In this document: piece after piece, positions 34,788 to 47,082 of the stretch | Layout of the letters: each line of letters opens with the position of its first letter | Position numbering within the stretch: position 1 is the first letter of the stretch | Source: Diplonema japonicum | Lineage: Eukaryota > Protista > Euglenozoa: Diplonemea | Assembly (NCBI GenBank): GCA_964019335.1 | Contig: OZ025648.1 | Location: 558,001 to 622,000, forward strand | Length of the DNA stretch: 64,000 nucleotides | Direction of reading: 5' to 3' | Made by a program: the position numbers and the translations under genes | Notes under the pieces: generated by a model | Told to the model about the DNA's origin: nothing | The model's input: the letters and a program-made list of their open reading frames with translations, nothing else | The model's database searches: none

Positions 34788-37700
34788 CTACAGGTAGTTG
34801 ACCTCCTGTCGCAGCGATAGGAGCGTCGCGATCGCTCTCTGCCGACTGCCGAACCCAGCCGCATTAGTGAGTTGCTGTGTTGGGTTTTTTTTTTTTCCCT
34901 CGCTTGGTCGTGTTGTGCATACCTCCTGCGTTTCGTGTGGCAAATCAGCGAACTTGCTCAGCAGCTGCATGTCAAGTATGACCGACCTTCTGTTCTTAGG
35001 ATCCGGTCTCCGCAGCCTTCTTCCCTTGAACTTTCTGCTTGCCCTCGGGTGCAGGCCTGCAAAGTGCTCTAGGTCCGTGACCATTTTGCTGTACAGCCAC
35101 TGTGGTGTTGTGATACACTCTAATTATCATACATGAAGGTCTCTGTGGGTGCTTTCTGCCACCGACTGCAGAATGCACAAGGCGCCACCTTTGGTGCCGA
35201 ACAACAAAGCCGTTTGGTTTCCTGTTTGAAACGTGTGTATGAAAAAGCATCTGGTATACCAGGCTGGACTGTGTCGCTGTCGCCCACCATTGGAGGGAGG
35301 AAGGTGCGAAGTCTGAGCATCTTGTTGACAACCGTATTGATGTGAATATCAGAGAGGGGCTGCAGGAGGGTCGTGCTGAGGGTGGGGTCGTAGCAAAAGG
35401 TTGTGATATTCCCGTAGTCGTCACAGCACACCATGCCCAGTGTGCCCTTCTCTGACTGGAAGTTGCACGCGGTAGAGGGCGTTTTGTTAGTGTCCTTCGC
35501 AAGCACGGTCAGCGTGCGCGAGATCTCCGACCACCTCAGCACCTGCACAGAACTGTACATGTCGGCTACCAGCACATAATGTTTCATAAAGGATAAGCTG
35601 GTGGTGTACATCTTGACATCGCACCAGGCCACGAGACTCAACTTCTTCTTGTTCCACTCATAGCTGTACACATGGATTTTACCAGCAACAGCAGCGAAGA
35701 TGTGCCCCTCAGAAGCATTGATAGCCGTCACAGGTCCCTTCGTCTGCAGCTCGTGCTCGATCTCAAGCACACGGTCATCACGCGTCCTCCCCACACGCAC
35801 CCGCAGCAAGATGATACGGCCTCTGCATGGGATATCCTCTGCAACTGGGAAGCCAGTCCCACACACCTGGAGTGTAATCACTTCCTTCTGTGTTTGAAGT
35901 CCAGGGAGGTTGGGCATGCTAGCTCTCAGTGCTGCGAGGGGGTCCTTGGTTAGTTGAATAGAGCTGAAGGTAAGCACTTGCTCGTTTTCCTTCAGCACGA
36001 CACACGTGAAGGGCTTCCACGAGTAGGCGCTGTACAGGAGAAGTTCAAACCTCCCGTTGGTAGGAATGGGCACGCCTTCAGTAGGCGGCACTTCCTTCAT
36101 GCGGGACTCTGCTTCTGTTTCCGTGAGGAAGGCGTCAGCTTCGCTGTCGAACGCCGTTTTGGTAGGCTTAAAGGACTGCTCCGTTGACACGACTAAGGTG
36201 TACGTCCTGTGGTGCCCGTCGAAGGCTATCTTGTGCGGTGACGATCTGAGAAGGATCTTCCTAGTCGGCCAGGGGGCCTTAAAGTTCATCCTCTTGTGCC
36301 ACGTCAACTGCATAATCTTAAGTCCGTTGGCAGTCGCTAAAGCAAAACCCGCCTTGCAGCACGTGATGTTCAAAGGTGTCATAGATTTCACAGGGGCCAT
36401 GCGCGCCATCTCGTGGAGGCGGATGTGCCCTCTCTCAGAGAATCCCCACAGCCCTCCTCTTGCCGTCCTGATGAAAATGCCCTCATTTCCAAAAATGTTT
36501 GAGAAATCTTGGATGCGTGCTTGCAGCGGTGTTTCTGCGAACACGCTTACCACCTTCCCGTTGCTCATGCGTGTCTTCAGCTTCGGCGGCCCTTCATTCA
36601 GCTTCACGGTTGGCCCCGTCCCCTCTGCTCTGCGTCCTGCAACAAGAGAATTCCCTACCTTCTGCCACCTGAGGCTACCGTTGTAAACGTACGCTCTGTA
36701 CGTGTGGAGGAAGTCATCTGACGTCACAAAGGCCAAGTGGTACCACATGTCCGAGGAGTCGACCTTCCCCATCCACACGTCTTCTATGAAGCTGTCTCCA
36801 GTGGCGTTGTGTGGCATATCCGTGGTCGCAATGCCAGGCAGAGCCTGCATGTTGTTATAGGTGTAGAGAAGCTCCCAGTTGTGCAGGTTGTAGATCTGGA
36901 TAGTTCCGGTGCTCCACCCAAGAGTGAGGAGGATAGTCTGCTCCGTAGTGGTGCCTTTAATGTCAGCTGTCGGGAAGTAGAAGGGGTCATTGATAGGGAC
37001 GCCGCACATGGAGATGGACGTCACAAAGCCGTGTGGGTGCTCAGGGAACTTGGGCACTGTGATATCCAGACCAAGGGTGGGGTTGCTGTCTCCTTCTTTC
37101 ACATAAGAGGCTGCCGCAAGGCGGATGGTGCCGTCGCTCATAAGAAGTGTTGTGGTGGTTTCATGATGACACGCCTGGTGTACTGTCACCTCCGGTGAGA
37201 GGCTCTGACTCTCCACTTCTGTCACCTGTTTGGCTACCAGTCCATCATGCACATCGCACACGAGCACCTGATTCTTGGTCACTTGCACAACCACCTGGTC
37301 CTTTATCAAGCTCGCTGCGTACACTGTCTGCTGCCTCAGTAGCGGTGTATCGGTCTCTGCCAGCTCCTTCCCTGCTTTCATTACCATTGTCGACACCCCA
37401 GTTGTGATCAATAGATAATTGTGGTATCCGCTGTCTGGCACCCTGTCGTGTGTAACGTGTTGTTTACCAGCATACTTTTCGTCGTCGTCACGCTTCCTTT
37501 TGTTGTTCACTGCAAACCTGATTGCAAAGCAGGCGTGTGAATCCATCTGTATGTGCTGCTAAATAAGCCAATCTGCATACCATATGGGAGCACAGCGTGA
37601 AGGGCTTGACAGTCTTGTTCAGGATGCACACGGCACCGTCCTTCCCTCTCCCTGTCGCGGCTACAATCTCCATCGAGGCGTGCCTTTCTGGGAAGCTGCG

Positions 37701-39245
37701 GTCGATGGTTGACTTGAGATGAATAGGGACCACGGATGAGACACCAAGGGAGGGTGTGGGGAAGACTTCTGTGTCGTCATTCTGGTCTTTTGCGTCAATA
37801 GAAGAGTCCCCCAACGCTGCGTCGATGATGGGCCCCGTGTTCAGCAGTGTCAGCACCTTAGCAAAAGTGAGGGGCTTCGAAACGTCGTCACTCCTCTTGA
37901 GCAGCATCGAGTCACCAGAGGAAGACCCCACAAAGAGATACTTTCCTAACGAGCACAGAGTGCTAGGAGAAGGGCACGAGGGCATGGGGGTAGACGGCTT
38001 AGGCATGCACGGAAGGGGCATCACACCCTCGATCAGCCTGACATGGATGTCTGAAACAAAGCCGTTCTGCTTATTTCTGACGATCTTGACACCGCACACA
38101 TCACCACTGGCGAGGGCCAAGAAGTAGTGCATTTCGCTGCCAGGGAGTTGAACGCACTTGGCGCCAGTCAGGTTGAGCACAAGCCTTGCAGGAACTGACT
38201 GTGTGTTCCCTGGTTGCACATTCAGAGGAATAGGTGTACCAAAGCTGTCCTTTAGGGTGCATTCGCCGTAGGGCAGCTGCAGTGCAGGGTCCGAAGAGAG
38301 CTCATCCTTGCCGTAGGCATTGACGTGCACACCGTAGGCAGACTGCTCGTCCTGCGATACGTGCAAAATGGTGTTGGATCCCAAGATGAGGGCACCAAAG
38401 GGCTCGTAGCACAGGGGTACTAGGCTAAATGTGTTGTAAGGCAGCTTGCTTGCGATAGGCCTGTGGGAGGAGTCGATCTTGCCGTTGGATATAGTGAGGG
38501 ACACGATGGACGCGGCCATGGTGAGGTATTTCTTCTCGATAATCTTGCCCTCATCGCCGAGCGCAAGGCGGAGGCGCCCCGACCACGTTTGCTCTCCCTC
38601 GTGGAGCACCATGACGGTGGGGCGGAAGTAGCCGTCGACAAAGGCGATGTCACGGATGCCGGTGAGGTGCATCTCCGCCTGGAGGTCGATCAACCCGGGA
38701 CGCTCGAGGGGGAACTTAGGTGCCACAGCAGTGCCAGACGAGCCACCCCAGTCAAGGGAGCCTACAGGACGGGCGAAGGGCAGGATGAAGAGGAACCGTT
38801 TGTTAACGAGGAGGACGAGGCACTGGGGAGGGCGCCCTGCACCGCCTGGGTCGACTCTGAGCTGGACGGTGGGCGAAGTCTCAAAGACAGGTTCCCTCTC
38901 GTTAGCAAGGGCAGGCTCTTCAAGGAGGTGCAAGGACTTGATCTTTAAGCCATTTTCTTCGTCATCCCAATAAAGGACAGTCAATTTTGCCTCTGCAAAG
39001 GCAAGCACAAGGAACTCCCTGCTGTGTCCAGGGAACAGGACTGTCTGCATGTCATCTACAGCAGCGCTCATGGGGTACACACAGTCAAGTACCATCGTCT
39101 GGCTCGTCTCATCCTTCACACTGTACACTTCAAGAATATCATGCTTCGCGATAACCAAATTGTCTTCAGTTGCATTCTTTAAATGCCCGTGGCACGAACA
39201 CACCACAGAGCTGCTCTCGAGTAATTTAGAATATGCTTGATACAT
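34788..39245 (-). CDS. CPSF1: Cleavage and polyadenylation specificity factor 160 kDa subunit, about 4 introns
   Basis: AFAEAKL, YLFVGSSSGDSML, NTGPIIDA, EDIPCRGRI, KGPVTAI, AGLHPR. Introns include 37547-37580 (34 nt) and 35100-35132 (33 nt). Confidence 0.88.
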
Positions 39246-39810
39246 CTTTCTACAGCATCATTCAGTTCGACTTCGTTGTATCTCTTTGTGTTAAGGACCT
39301 ACTGTGTGTCCTTCCTGTTCGGTGTTTTCGCTCAACTAGCAGAGTGGGTGTTGGAATAATTAAATTTGTAAAAAGAGAAGGAATGAAAAAAAATAATTGA
39401 ACAAAAGGGGAAAGGGGGGTGGGATTAGGGAATCAAACGAAAGTAAGTTTTTAACACAGGAGAGTAAAAGAAAAAGAAAAAAGAAGACAATATTGAGGGG
39501 GAAAAAAAAGTTTAATGAAAAAGGAGGCACGCAAACGAAATAAACGATCAGATACAAACAATTACAAAGGGAGGGAAAAGCCTCGGGGAAGCGATAAAAA
39601 AAATAGAAGGGGAAGGGAGTGGTACAATGCAAAGGAATGGAAACCGTAACTCTAAACAAAACGGAAGATTTTTTTTCTTTTTTTTCAAAGTTTAGTGCCC
39701 CCTTTAATAGGTTCAGCATGTGCTTAGCAGCAGGACTGAAAGGGCCGTTCGAGACAAATAAAACAGAGTATTTTAAAAGCGTTACAAGCCAACTTCGATA
39801 ATGCCCGTGC

Positions 39811-40815
39811 TCACATCCTGGTGTCGACAGGGAGCTCGATGTCTTTAAGCCAGCCCACGATCCTGTTCTTCAGTTTGGAGTTGTAGCCTACATAGTTCGA
39901 CTCCCCACTGCCTGACGCCAGGGTGGTCTTAAGGTTGGAGAGCCCCACGATCTGCCCCCTGCTGTCAACAGGAGCTGAAACCCTAGCGGGTGCAGGCGGC
40001 TGGCCGACAGGTGGCGGGATGGTCTTAGTCAACTCAACCCTTGAGCTGGGCAAAATTTTCTTAATGTCGGAGTACTCGTTCAGACGCGGCGTGGTAGGGG
40101 AGGCGGGCATCTTGTACGACCCATGGGTGCCAAGGACCTGTCTCATGGGCTTTTGCTGCGATGGCTCGTCGGGGTGGTGCGAGGAGAAGACACGCCTCGT
40201 GCTGTAGTTTGAAACGCCGTAGTGGGAGTGGGTGTTGCCGGTGTGTGGGGAGGGCTCAGAGAACCCTTTGGCAAGGATGACTGTGATGACAGAACCTGTG
40301 ACAGCCACACCGCACACAGTAGACGACGCAGAGAGCAGCGCAGTCCTGCGTGACCTGTTTGGGTTCGTCTCGTCAGCAAGGATTGTGAGGACAAGCTTCC
40401 TGATGTCGCTGCCCGTCCTCCCCGCCCACACGACCTCCTTCAAGGAGCCCGGGTCCTCCACCTTACCATACTTCGACGCTCTTGAAATCAAGTCTGCGTG
40501 GTCGTAGGCCCGCACCCTTGTTGACACAGCATCGGCTCTCTTCTTCGCCGCAGCGCACAATCCGTTGCTCACGCCCACCATGCTGACGCTCGACCTCACG
40601 CGCAATACATTGAAGAGCTCCTCGTACGAGCTTACGGCATCGGGGTTCCTCTGCATCACATTATGGATGTGTGCCGCATACTCGCGCGGCTTAGTCCTCG
40701 CCAGGTTGACCTCGTCGATGATGGTCTGTTCGAACTCGGTGGGGTTGGTGTGCATGTTTAGGCTGGTGTCTTGGATGTTGATGGAATCTGTCGTGTTGTG
40801 TTGGTACGTTCGCAT
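39811..40815 (-). CDS. CAP/SCP-domain-like protein
   Basis: IIDEVNLARTKPREYA...GLCAAAKK pattern; start codon uncertain. Confidence 0.7.
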   Translation of the reverse strand: MRTYQHNTTDSINIQDTSLNMHTNPTEFEQTIIDEVNLARTKPREYAAHIHNVMQRNPDAVSSYEELFNVLRVRSSVSMVGVSNGLCAAAKKRADAVSTRVRAYDHADLISRASKYGKVEDPGSLKEVVWAGRTGSDIRKLVLTILADETNPNRSRRTALLSASSTVCGVAVTGSVITVILAKGFSEPSPHTGNTHSHYGVSNYSTRRVFSSHHPDEPSQQKPMRQVLGTHGSYKMPASPTTPRLNEYSDIKKILPSSRVELTKTIPPPVGQPPAPARVSAPVDSRGQIVGLSNLKTTLASGSGESNYVGYNSKLKNRIVGWLKDIELPVDTRM

Positions 40816-40890
40816 TGCAGCAGAAACAAAAACAAAAAGCGAATTATAAAGGAAAAAGAGAAAAAAACGTTCGTCACGCCATGTTGCTGT

Positions 40891-41391
40891 CTACATCTCG
40901 TCGTAAGAGGACCCGACAAGGGCCTCCAAGGCGTCGCGGTTGCAAGGCTTGCCGCCTGCCTTGACGTTGAGGAGCTCGACGTCGAACACAAGGGGGGCGA
41001 AGGCAGGGATCTTGGGAGGGCGCCCCCTCTCACCGTAGGCGAGGCTGTAGGGGATGTGGAGCTCCCATTTGTCACCTTCGCACATCAGCTGCAGGGCTTC
41101 CGTCCATCCTTTGATGACCTGGTTAGGTGCAAAGGTGGCAGGGGTGCCCCTGTCGTAACTAGAGTCAAACTTCGCACCGTCCGTCAGCGTCCCTGCATAG
41201 TGCACTGAGCAAGCATCCCCTGCGTTAGGACTCTTTTCGCCGTCACCCTTCTTAAGCACCTTCACCAACATCCCGCTGGGAAGTTTGTACACATTCTCTT
41301 CCTGAGCCTTCACTTCAAGATAGCTCTCGCCATCTTCCTTGGCACCGCCGAGAGCGCACCCTACCATCGCCGCGAGGAGTAAGAGTTTCAT
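40891..41391 (-). CDS. Secreted FKBP-type peptidyl-prolyl isomerase (MIP-like)
   Basis: Signal peptide; VHYAGTL...FDSS...VIKGWTEAL...LAYG. Confidence 0.93.
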   Translation of the reverse strand: MKLLLLAAMVGCALGGAKEDGESYLEVKAQEENVYKLPSGMLVKVLKKGDGEKSPNAGDACSVHYAGTLTDGAKFDSSYDRGTPATFAPNQVIKGWTEALQLMCEGDKWELHIPYSLAYGERGRPPKIPAFAPLVFDVELLNVKAGGKPCNRDALEALVGSSYDEM

Positions 41392-41848
41392 TTTTAGCTA
41401 GGGGTGCGTTAAAAAAAAACAAAAAAAAAACGGTTCTAGGTTGCAAGGATAAAATCCGGAAAGGTCACTAGCACACAAGTGCAACACACGAGTTGTCAAA
41501 TCTGAAGCATGCTGTTTATTTAAGGAGCGTGAGTAAGGATTGATCTTCTTGGTTTCTTCACTGAAACGTGCAGCCTTTAACTATAAGGTTAAAATAAACC
41601 GAGTAAGATATTCCTTGACATCCCTGACGTGTGCATTGCTTACTTTTTAGCATTTGTTTTTTGTATTTGTTTTTCAGACGTTGGCACTGATTCCGAGACA
41701 AAACGCACACAGAAAAGTAGAGGGGGAAAACCATCGTTGTGGAAGAAAAAAAAGAGAAAATTTCTTTCTTCTTCTCCCCCCCACCCTTTGCGGGCTTTAC
41801 GGGACTGTTTTTTTCGGAATCAACGGAAAGAGAACCAACGCCAACTGA

Positions 41849-42634
41849 TTACGTGGACAATGGAGGAGGTGTGTAGGCGGGACGTCCTGGGCACGCCATG
41901 AAAAAGTCATCGAAAACATCCTTCATGGTGGCAGCGGGGATGGCTAAGGCGGACTCGAAAAAACAGTCGAGGTAGCAGGTAGAAGATGTATTGTGCGGTG
42001 GGCATGTTGCAAAGCAAGGTGGGTCCCGTTCCTCAATGTATGCGATAACAGCATCGTTGACACAACTTTCGTTGACCACCTTTATGGTCTTTTTGATAGA
42101 CCAGGAACAGTTACCTGGGTTGTATGCGCAGTTCCCGGCCTTAGGGGTCGAGTACCATTCCCCACCGAAGTGCTTTGAGGAGTTGTATTTCCAGTAGCAT
42201 GGTGCTGGATAAGGAGGCTGGCTCTTTCTTGGAACACAGCCGTCCCCTACAGTGGCGTACCTATCGGCGACGTTGGCAGAGCCCATGTAGAAGGGGTCCC
42301 CGCGTTCACAATTATAATTCGGGTGCTGAATCGTACCGTTGGGGTTGCAAGCTCCATAGGCATGGTCGACCCCTCCATGGGTCTCTACAGTGTACTTTGT
42401 GTACACATTGTCCACGCACGTCACCTCGCATTGGCAGAAGAAGGCCTGCGGGTTCTCGTCGCAGTTCTGCCTCTGTGCGATACGGTCGCTCAACAGAAAC
42501 GATACCTCTCCCAGCGTGCTTGCGGTGTCTTTTTCATCCAGCCCTACAATCTGGTAGGGCCGCAAGCCATACACATCAAGCTCGCCCACTTGGGCCAGCA
42601 CAGCCCCCGTTACTGCGAAAAGGACTGCTTGCAT
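41849..42634 (-). CDS. Secreted Cys-rich hypothetical protein
   Basis: Signal peptide, many Cys, GGEWYSTP...CSW motif. Confidence 0.75.
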   Translation of the reverse strand: MQAVLFAVTGAVLAQVGELDVYGLRPYQIVGLDEKDTASTLGEVSFLLSDRIAQRQNCDENPQAFFCQCEVTCVDNVYTKYTVETHGGVDHAYGACNPNGTIQHPNYNCERGDPFYMGSANVADRYATVGDGCVPRKSQPPYPAPCYWKYNSSKHFGGEWYSTPKAGNCAYNPGNCSWSIKKTIKVVNESCVNDAVIAYIEERDPPCFATCPPHNTSSTCYLDCFFESALAIPAATMKDVFDDFFMACPGRPAYTPPPLST

Positions 42635-42899
42635 CAAAATTTATATATATATATTTTTTTTTTGGTTTTTCTTGATTTGATTGGTAATAGAATACAGTAA
42701 AATTTTCGCTACTACTTCGGGGGGGGGGGGGAGAAAGAAAAGTAGGAGCATAAAGGAAGACATGGGGGGGGGGGGGGGGAGGGGGCGGTTGGAATGAGAT
42801 AACCTGGTGAGATGGGGGGGGGGGGGGGGGAACACAATAACAAAAGTAAAAAATAAAAGAAAATAAAAATCTCCAACGGATTGCCAGTTTTTCAGTTTT

Positions 42900-42939
<40 letters not shown>

Positions 42940-43633
42940 ACTACGATGATGGGGAGCGTCAGCAACGACCAAGATAAGAAAACGATGAAAAAAAGGGAGA
43001 AAAAAAAACAACAACAGTCAGACCAGGTAAGGGCAGTTTCCTGGTTTTTAACCATTCTGCCTCTCGCCTGGTTTTCTTTTCATTTCTTTCCCCCCTCCCC
43101 TTTCCCCACTTGCATGACCCAGACCACGATTCGTGTTTGTTTCTTATTTAGAAGGAAAGAAGAACAAAGGGACCTTCTATTTCTGGTTTTTTGTAGGAGC
43201 CACGGAAAACCTAGATAACTATTGCTAGGTGGTAGGTATTTTTTTTTCTTTTTTTCTATCTCTTTCTACTGCTGCTCCCCGTGTTTTTTACTGGCCAACC
43301 ACCTGCCAGTCTTGTAAACTCTGCTCGCTTTTCATTTAATGTGCCGGGACAAGGGACCAAGGGTCCTAGGCGTGATGGGAGATTTTTCAATGGGGAGGGA
43401 TAAAAAGAAAAAGCAATGAGGGGTAAGGGCAGGGCCACCGGTGCCAGTTGCCATACTAGCAGTTCATACTTCTAACATGGAGGGGACAAGAGTAGGTGGG
43501 CGGAGGAAAGAACAAAAAAAGGGGGGGTTTAAAACGGAGAAGGGAAAGACGGAGGGATAAATATTTATACGTTCTTGTAACTGTCGGTAAAAAAAGAAAA
43601 AAGAAAAATTTCACCAAGATTCTTATGAACCAC

Positions 43634-46298
43634 CTACGATTTCTTCTCCATAGTCTTCGCTGCTTCCTGCGACACAAACCCTTTGACTCTCATGGCCACC
43701 TCCACGGAACCGCTGACCTCCCCTCTCTTCTCCTCTCCCACGACTGGGTGTGACTGGATGGTGGCCTTCCCACCGCTGTTCAAGTTTGGCACGATATCTG
43801 TAAGGACAAGGTCTACCCTTCCTTTGTACTCTTTTCCAATTGTCTGTTTGTATTGTATTTTGATTTGCGCTTCAGATCCGAAAAGTGTCTGATCACCGCC
43901 TGCAAAATGACATCTTAATATAAAATTGCTTTTTCTAGGGCTGGAATGTAAAAACGACCGGGGGCCAATGAGTGTCATGTGGTATTCTAGAAAACACTTT
44001 TTTTTGATTTCCTCCATGTAACCCTTTGGGGTCTAAATTGGAAAAAATGGAGATGGAGGGCATCGATCCCTCTACCTCTCGCATGCTAAGCGAGCGCTCT
44101 ACCATTTGAGCTACACCCCCTGACAATTTTCGTTTTAATAATAATAATTATTCCACTACCAGGCGGGGGGGATGGGGGGCGGAGAAAGTTGAAACCATAA
44201 AAATTGGGAAGGGAAGGTTAAAAACAGTCTCTCTTACTGAGCCATATCGGGGGGGACCTCTTGCTCGTTTGCTCGACCTCTTGTATATTTTCCTGGGGCC
44301 CCCGACATCCACCTTTCTTATTTTTTCCCCATTCCCCCGCCACGCAGCTCTTGGGCCTCGAAGGCTTCGGCTGTCACCAAATAAAGACAACCCCAAATTT
44401 CGTAGCTTTTTTTATATTCCCCTGACAATTTTCGTAGCCGAGATTTAGTCGAATCCTGATCTTTCTCAACAAGCGGATAACAAATCAACCAAGGCTTGAC
44501 CCAATGTTTTTAGTGAAATCAAAAATGCCTTTACTTTTTTAATTTAAACCCCTTCGACCCCATCCAAGCTTGCAAACCTTTGAGCCAAAGATACTGATCC
44601 TGATGCAATCGGCTGGAGGAACTACTAACCGCAACTTATGATCAAAACTGTGGTGGAAGTTAATTTGGTCGTTAGGACATACTGTGGGCTCAGTTCACCC
44701 TTGACGGTTTTAGTAACGGATTTTTGGGCGTTGGGGTGGCTGCTGCCAACTACACCGTCGGTCACAGTTCGGAGTTTAACCTTCGTGGTTGTTGTCATTA
44801 GTTTGTGTTTGGCATACCTCGCAGAAGATGTTCTTTGAGCTGCCCGGGTTGAGGTTCTTGGCACCCACAAGGCACATGTCAATGATGAGCTGGTTTGCAG
44901 TCTTCATGGCCTGCGTCACTTGCTCCTTTGCCCTGCGCTTTCTCTCCTCTTTCACCTTCTCGAGGTCCTGGTTCAGTTCATCAGCTGACAGCGGGGCTTC
45001 GACGACCATCTGGAATTCAAGAAGCCCTTCTTGGCGCAACTGATTCACCGCTTCCACAAGGGACTCCTTGTCAACGATTGTCACCCCATTCACATCGCGA
45101 ATTACAGAGGCGGACTTCATGCCTGCACGTTCGCAGGCACCGTTGGAGGTGAGCTCAATGGCACGCACTTTGTTGCCGACAGCGATCAGCCCATGGATCC
45201 CAAGGTTCTCTTCTTTGTCATTGCGCTTCACTGTGAGCACTTGCGACAGTGCCTCTTCGTGCTTCTCCACGTCTTTTATAGCCCCGGCATCTTCGTCCTC
45301 AGACTCTTCCCCTCTCGCTATGGCTTCAAGCTCTTTGGCCTCAGCCTCGGCTTGCGCGAGCTTCTTGTCCGCCTCTTCTCTTTCTTTTTGTCTCAATCTT
45401 TCTTGCTCTTCCCTTTCTCTTTTCTGCTGTTCCAACACCACTTTCATCATTTCCTGTGCATCATTCAGTGCCTCAACACGTTTAAGGGCAGCTTCGGCTG
45501 CTTCTTTCTCTGCCTTGGCGCGCGCCTTCGCCTCTCTCTCAGCCTGCTCCGCTGCTTCTTTTGCTGCTCTGGCCTCTTCCATCCTCTTTGCAGCTGCCTC
45601 TGACTCTACTTGGTCGGCAGCTTCACGCTCCTTTTGGGCGGCCTCAGCCGCTGCCAGAGCCTTTGCTGCAGCTTCCTGCGCAATCCTCGCTTCTTCTTCC
45701 GCCTTCTTCGCCTCAGCCTCTTTCCTGGCGGCATCCCTCTTCTTTTCTGCTGCTGCTTCTTCCTGTCTTTTTTGCTGCTCCTCCTGGGCCTTCCTTTCGG
45801 CTTCTTCTTTAATCTTTCGCTGCACTTCCTCTTCCTCGCGTCTTTTCTTCTCCTCGGCAAGCCTCTCTTTTTCTCTTCTTTTTTCTTCTGCCTTTTCTTT
45901 TGCTTCTCTCTCTTGCTCTTTCTTTAGCTCTTCGAGTCGTCTGAGCTGTATAGAGAAAAAAAAAGAAAAGAATCAGTTTTTTTTTGGTTTTTTCTTACTT
46001 TTTTTAATTTGCATTCTGCATACATTGGCGTCAAGGTCTAAGTCGTTCACATCGCCTTCCCCACCTGCTTTACGGATCTGATCCCCGATGATTCGTTTGA
46101 TCGCACCGATAAAGTCTTCCCCCTCTCCCATTGCCGACCTATTGTGGTGCATGGTGCGCCGTGTGGCATTCTTCTTGATGCATACCAAATCTTGGCAACT
46201 TCTCTTACTTTCAAGGTTTCAATAAATCTGGACACCGCAGGCCCGGGGGGCGCACCTGTCTTCTGAGCATACAGCTCTTTAATCTCCGAGGTCTGCAT
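43634..46298 (-). CDS. Coiled-coil + PDZ-like + C2-domain protein; last intron hosts tRNA-Ala
   Basis: Spliced C2: LVGAKNL..IFCE|VKL...SPH|FDHKLRLVVPPADCIRISIFGSK|TIGKEYKGRVDL. Introns 44781-44817, 44648-44682, 43844-44577, plus two near the 5' end. Confidence 0.8.
44048..44120 (-). tRNA. tRNA-Ala(AGC), intronic
   Basis: GGGGGTGTAGCTCAAATGGTAGAGCGCTCGCTTAGCATGCGAG...CTCCA followed by TTTTTT. Confidence 0.96.
44134..44418 (-). mobile_element. 285-bp 5'-truncated retroelement 3' end ('family A') flanked by a 17-bp TSD
   Basis: CCCCTGACAATTTTCGT at 44117-44133 and 44419-44435; (TTA)n/A tail toward the tRNA; homologous to 60193-60485. Confidence 0.75.
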
Positions 46299-46965
46299 TT
46301 TCCCGTTGCTATTCGCACTCTTTGCTGTTCTGGGGGAAATTAAAAAATGCGAACAAAACGGAACAAAAAAAAAAAGAAAAGAAATGGTGAGTGGGAAAGG
46401 TGTGCAAAAAAAAGGGGGAGGGGGGAGTGAGGGATCCCAATCTTCTTCTTATTTTCTGTGCTGTTTCTCTTTTTTTTCTTCAGGTTATGCTGGGGGAAAG
46501 GAAAGAAGGGAGGGAGGGGGGGGGGGGGGGGGTAAAAGGGCCTTAAACGCTAATAAATGGTGTTTTTCACTAAAAACGTGAAATTTGGCCTCACAGCCTC
46601 TGAGCCAGAATTTTTTGGTCAGGTACCACCCCTGACACCTAAAGAGAGTACAAAAAAAAATTGCCACACTTCGGGTAAGCCACTTTCATAAGATAATCCG
46701 GTGTGGCAACCTTTTCAAGATATCGTTTTAACACCCCACACAGCCTCGGAAGGAGTTCAAGCCGAGCCAGCACATGTTCTTTGCAACATATGTGTCGAAT
46801 TTCGGGTCAAGTTGCTTTTGGTAACGCATTTTTTTTCCCCCTGCAAAACTGAAAAATACCGTATTCTTAACCCTTTTGACCCCTGGTCATAGTAGTGATG
46901 CGAAATGTTTTTTTTTTTTTTTTTTTATTTCACTCTTCGTCATTTTCTTCACTCACTAGGGGCCT

Positions 46966-47082
46966 CATTATTTAACGCGAAATGGCCATTATTTAACGCG
47001 AAATGGCCATTATTTAACTAGTTAAATAATGAGATTTTGCAGTTAAATAATGGCCCTTCAGAGTAAATAATGCCCTTCAGAG
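46966..47082. repeat. 21-bp tandem repeat, 24-bp palindrome and further TTAAATAATG copies
   Basis: CATTATTTAA at 46966, 46987 and 47008; palindrome 47008-47031; two TAAATAATG(G)CCCTTCAGAG units. Confidence 0.85.

Noticed and set aside
46966-47082. CRISPR-like array
   Set aside because: Units are identical tandem copies with no unique spacers; eukaryotic context and no cas genes.
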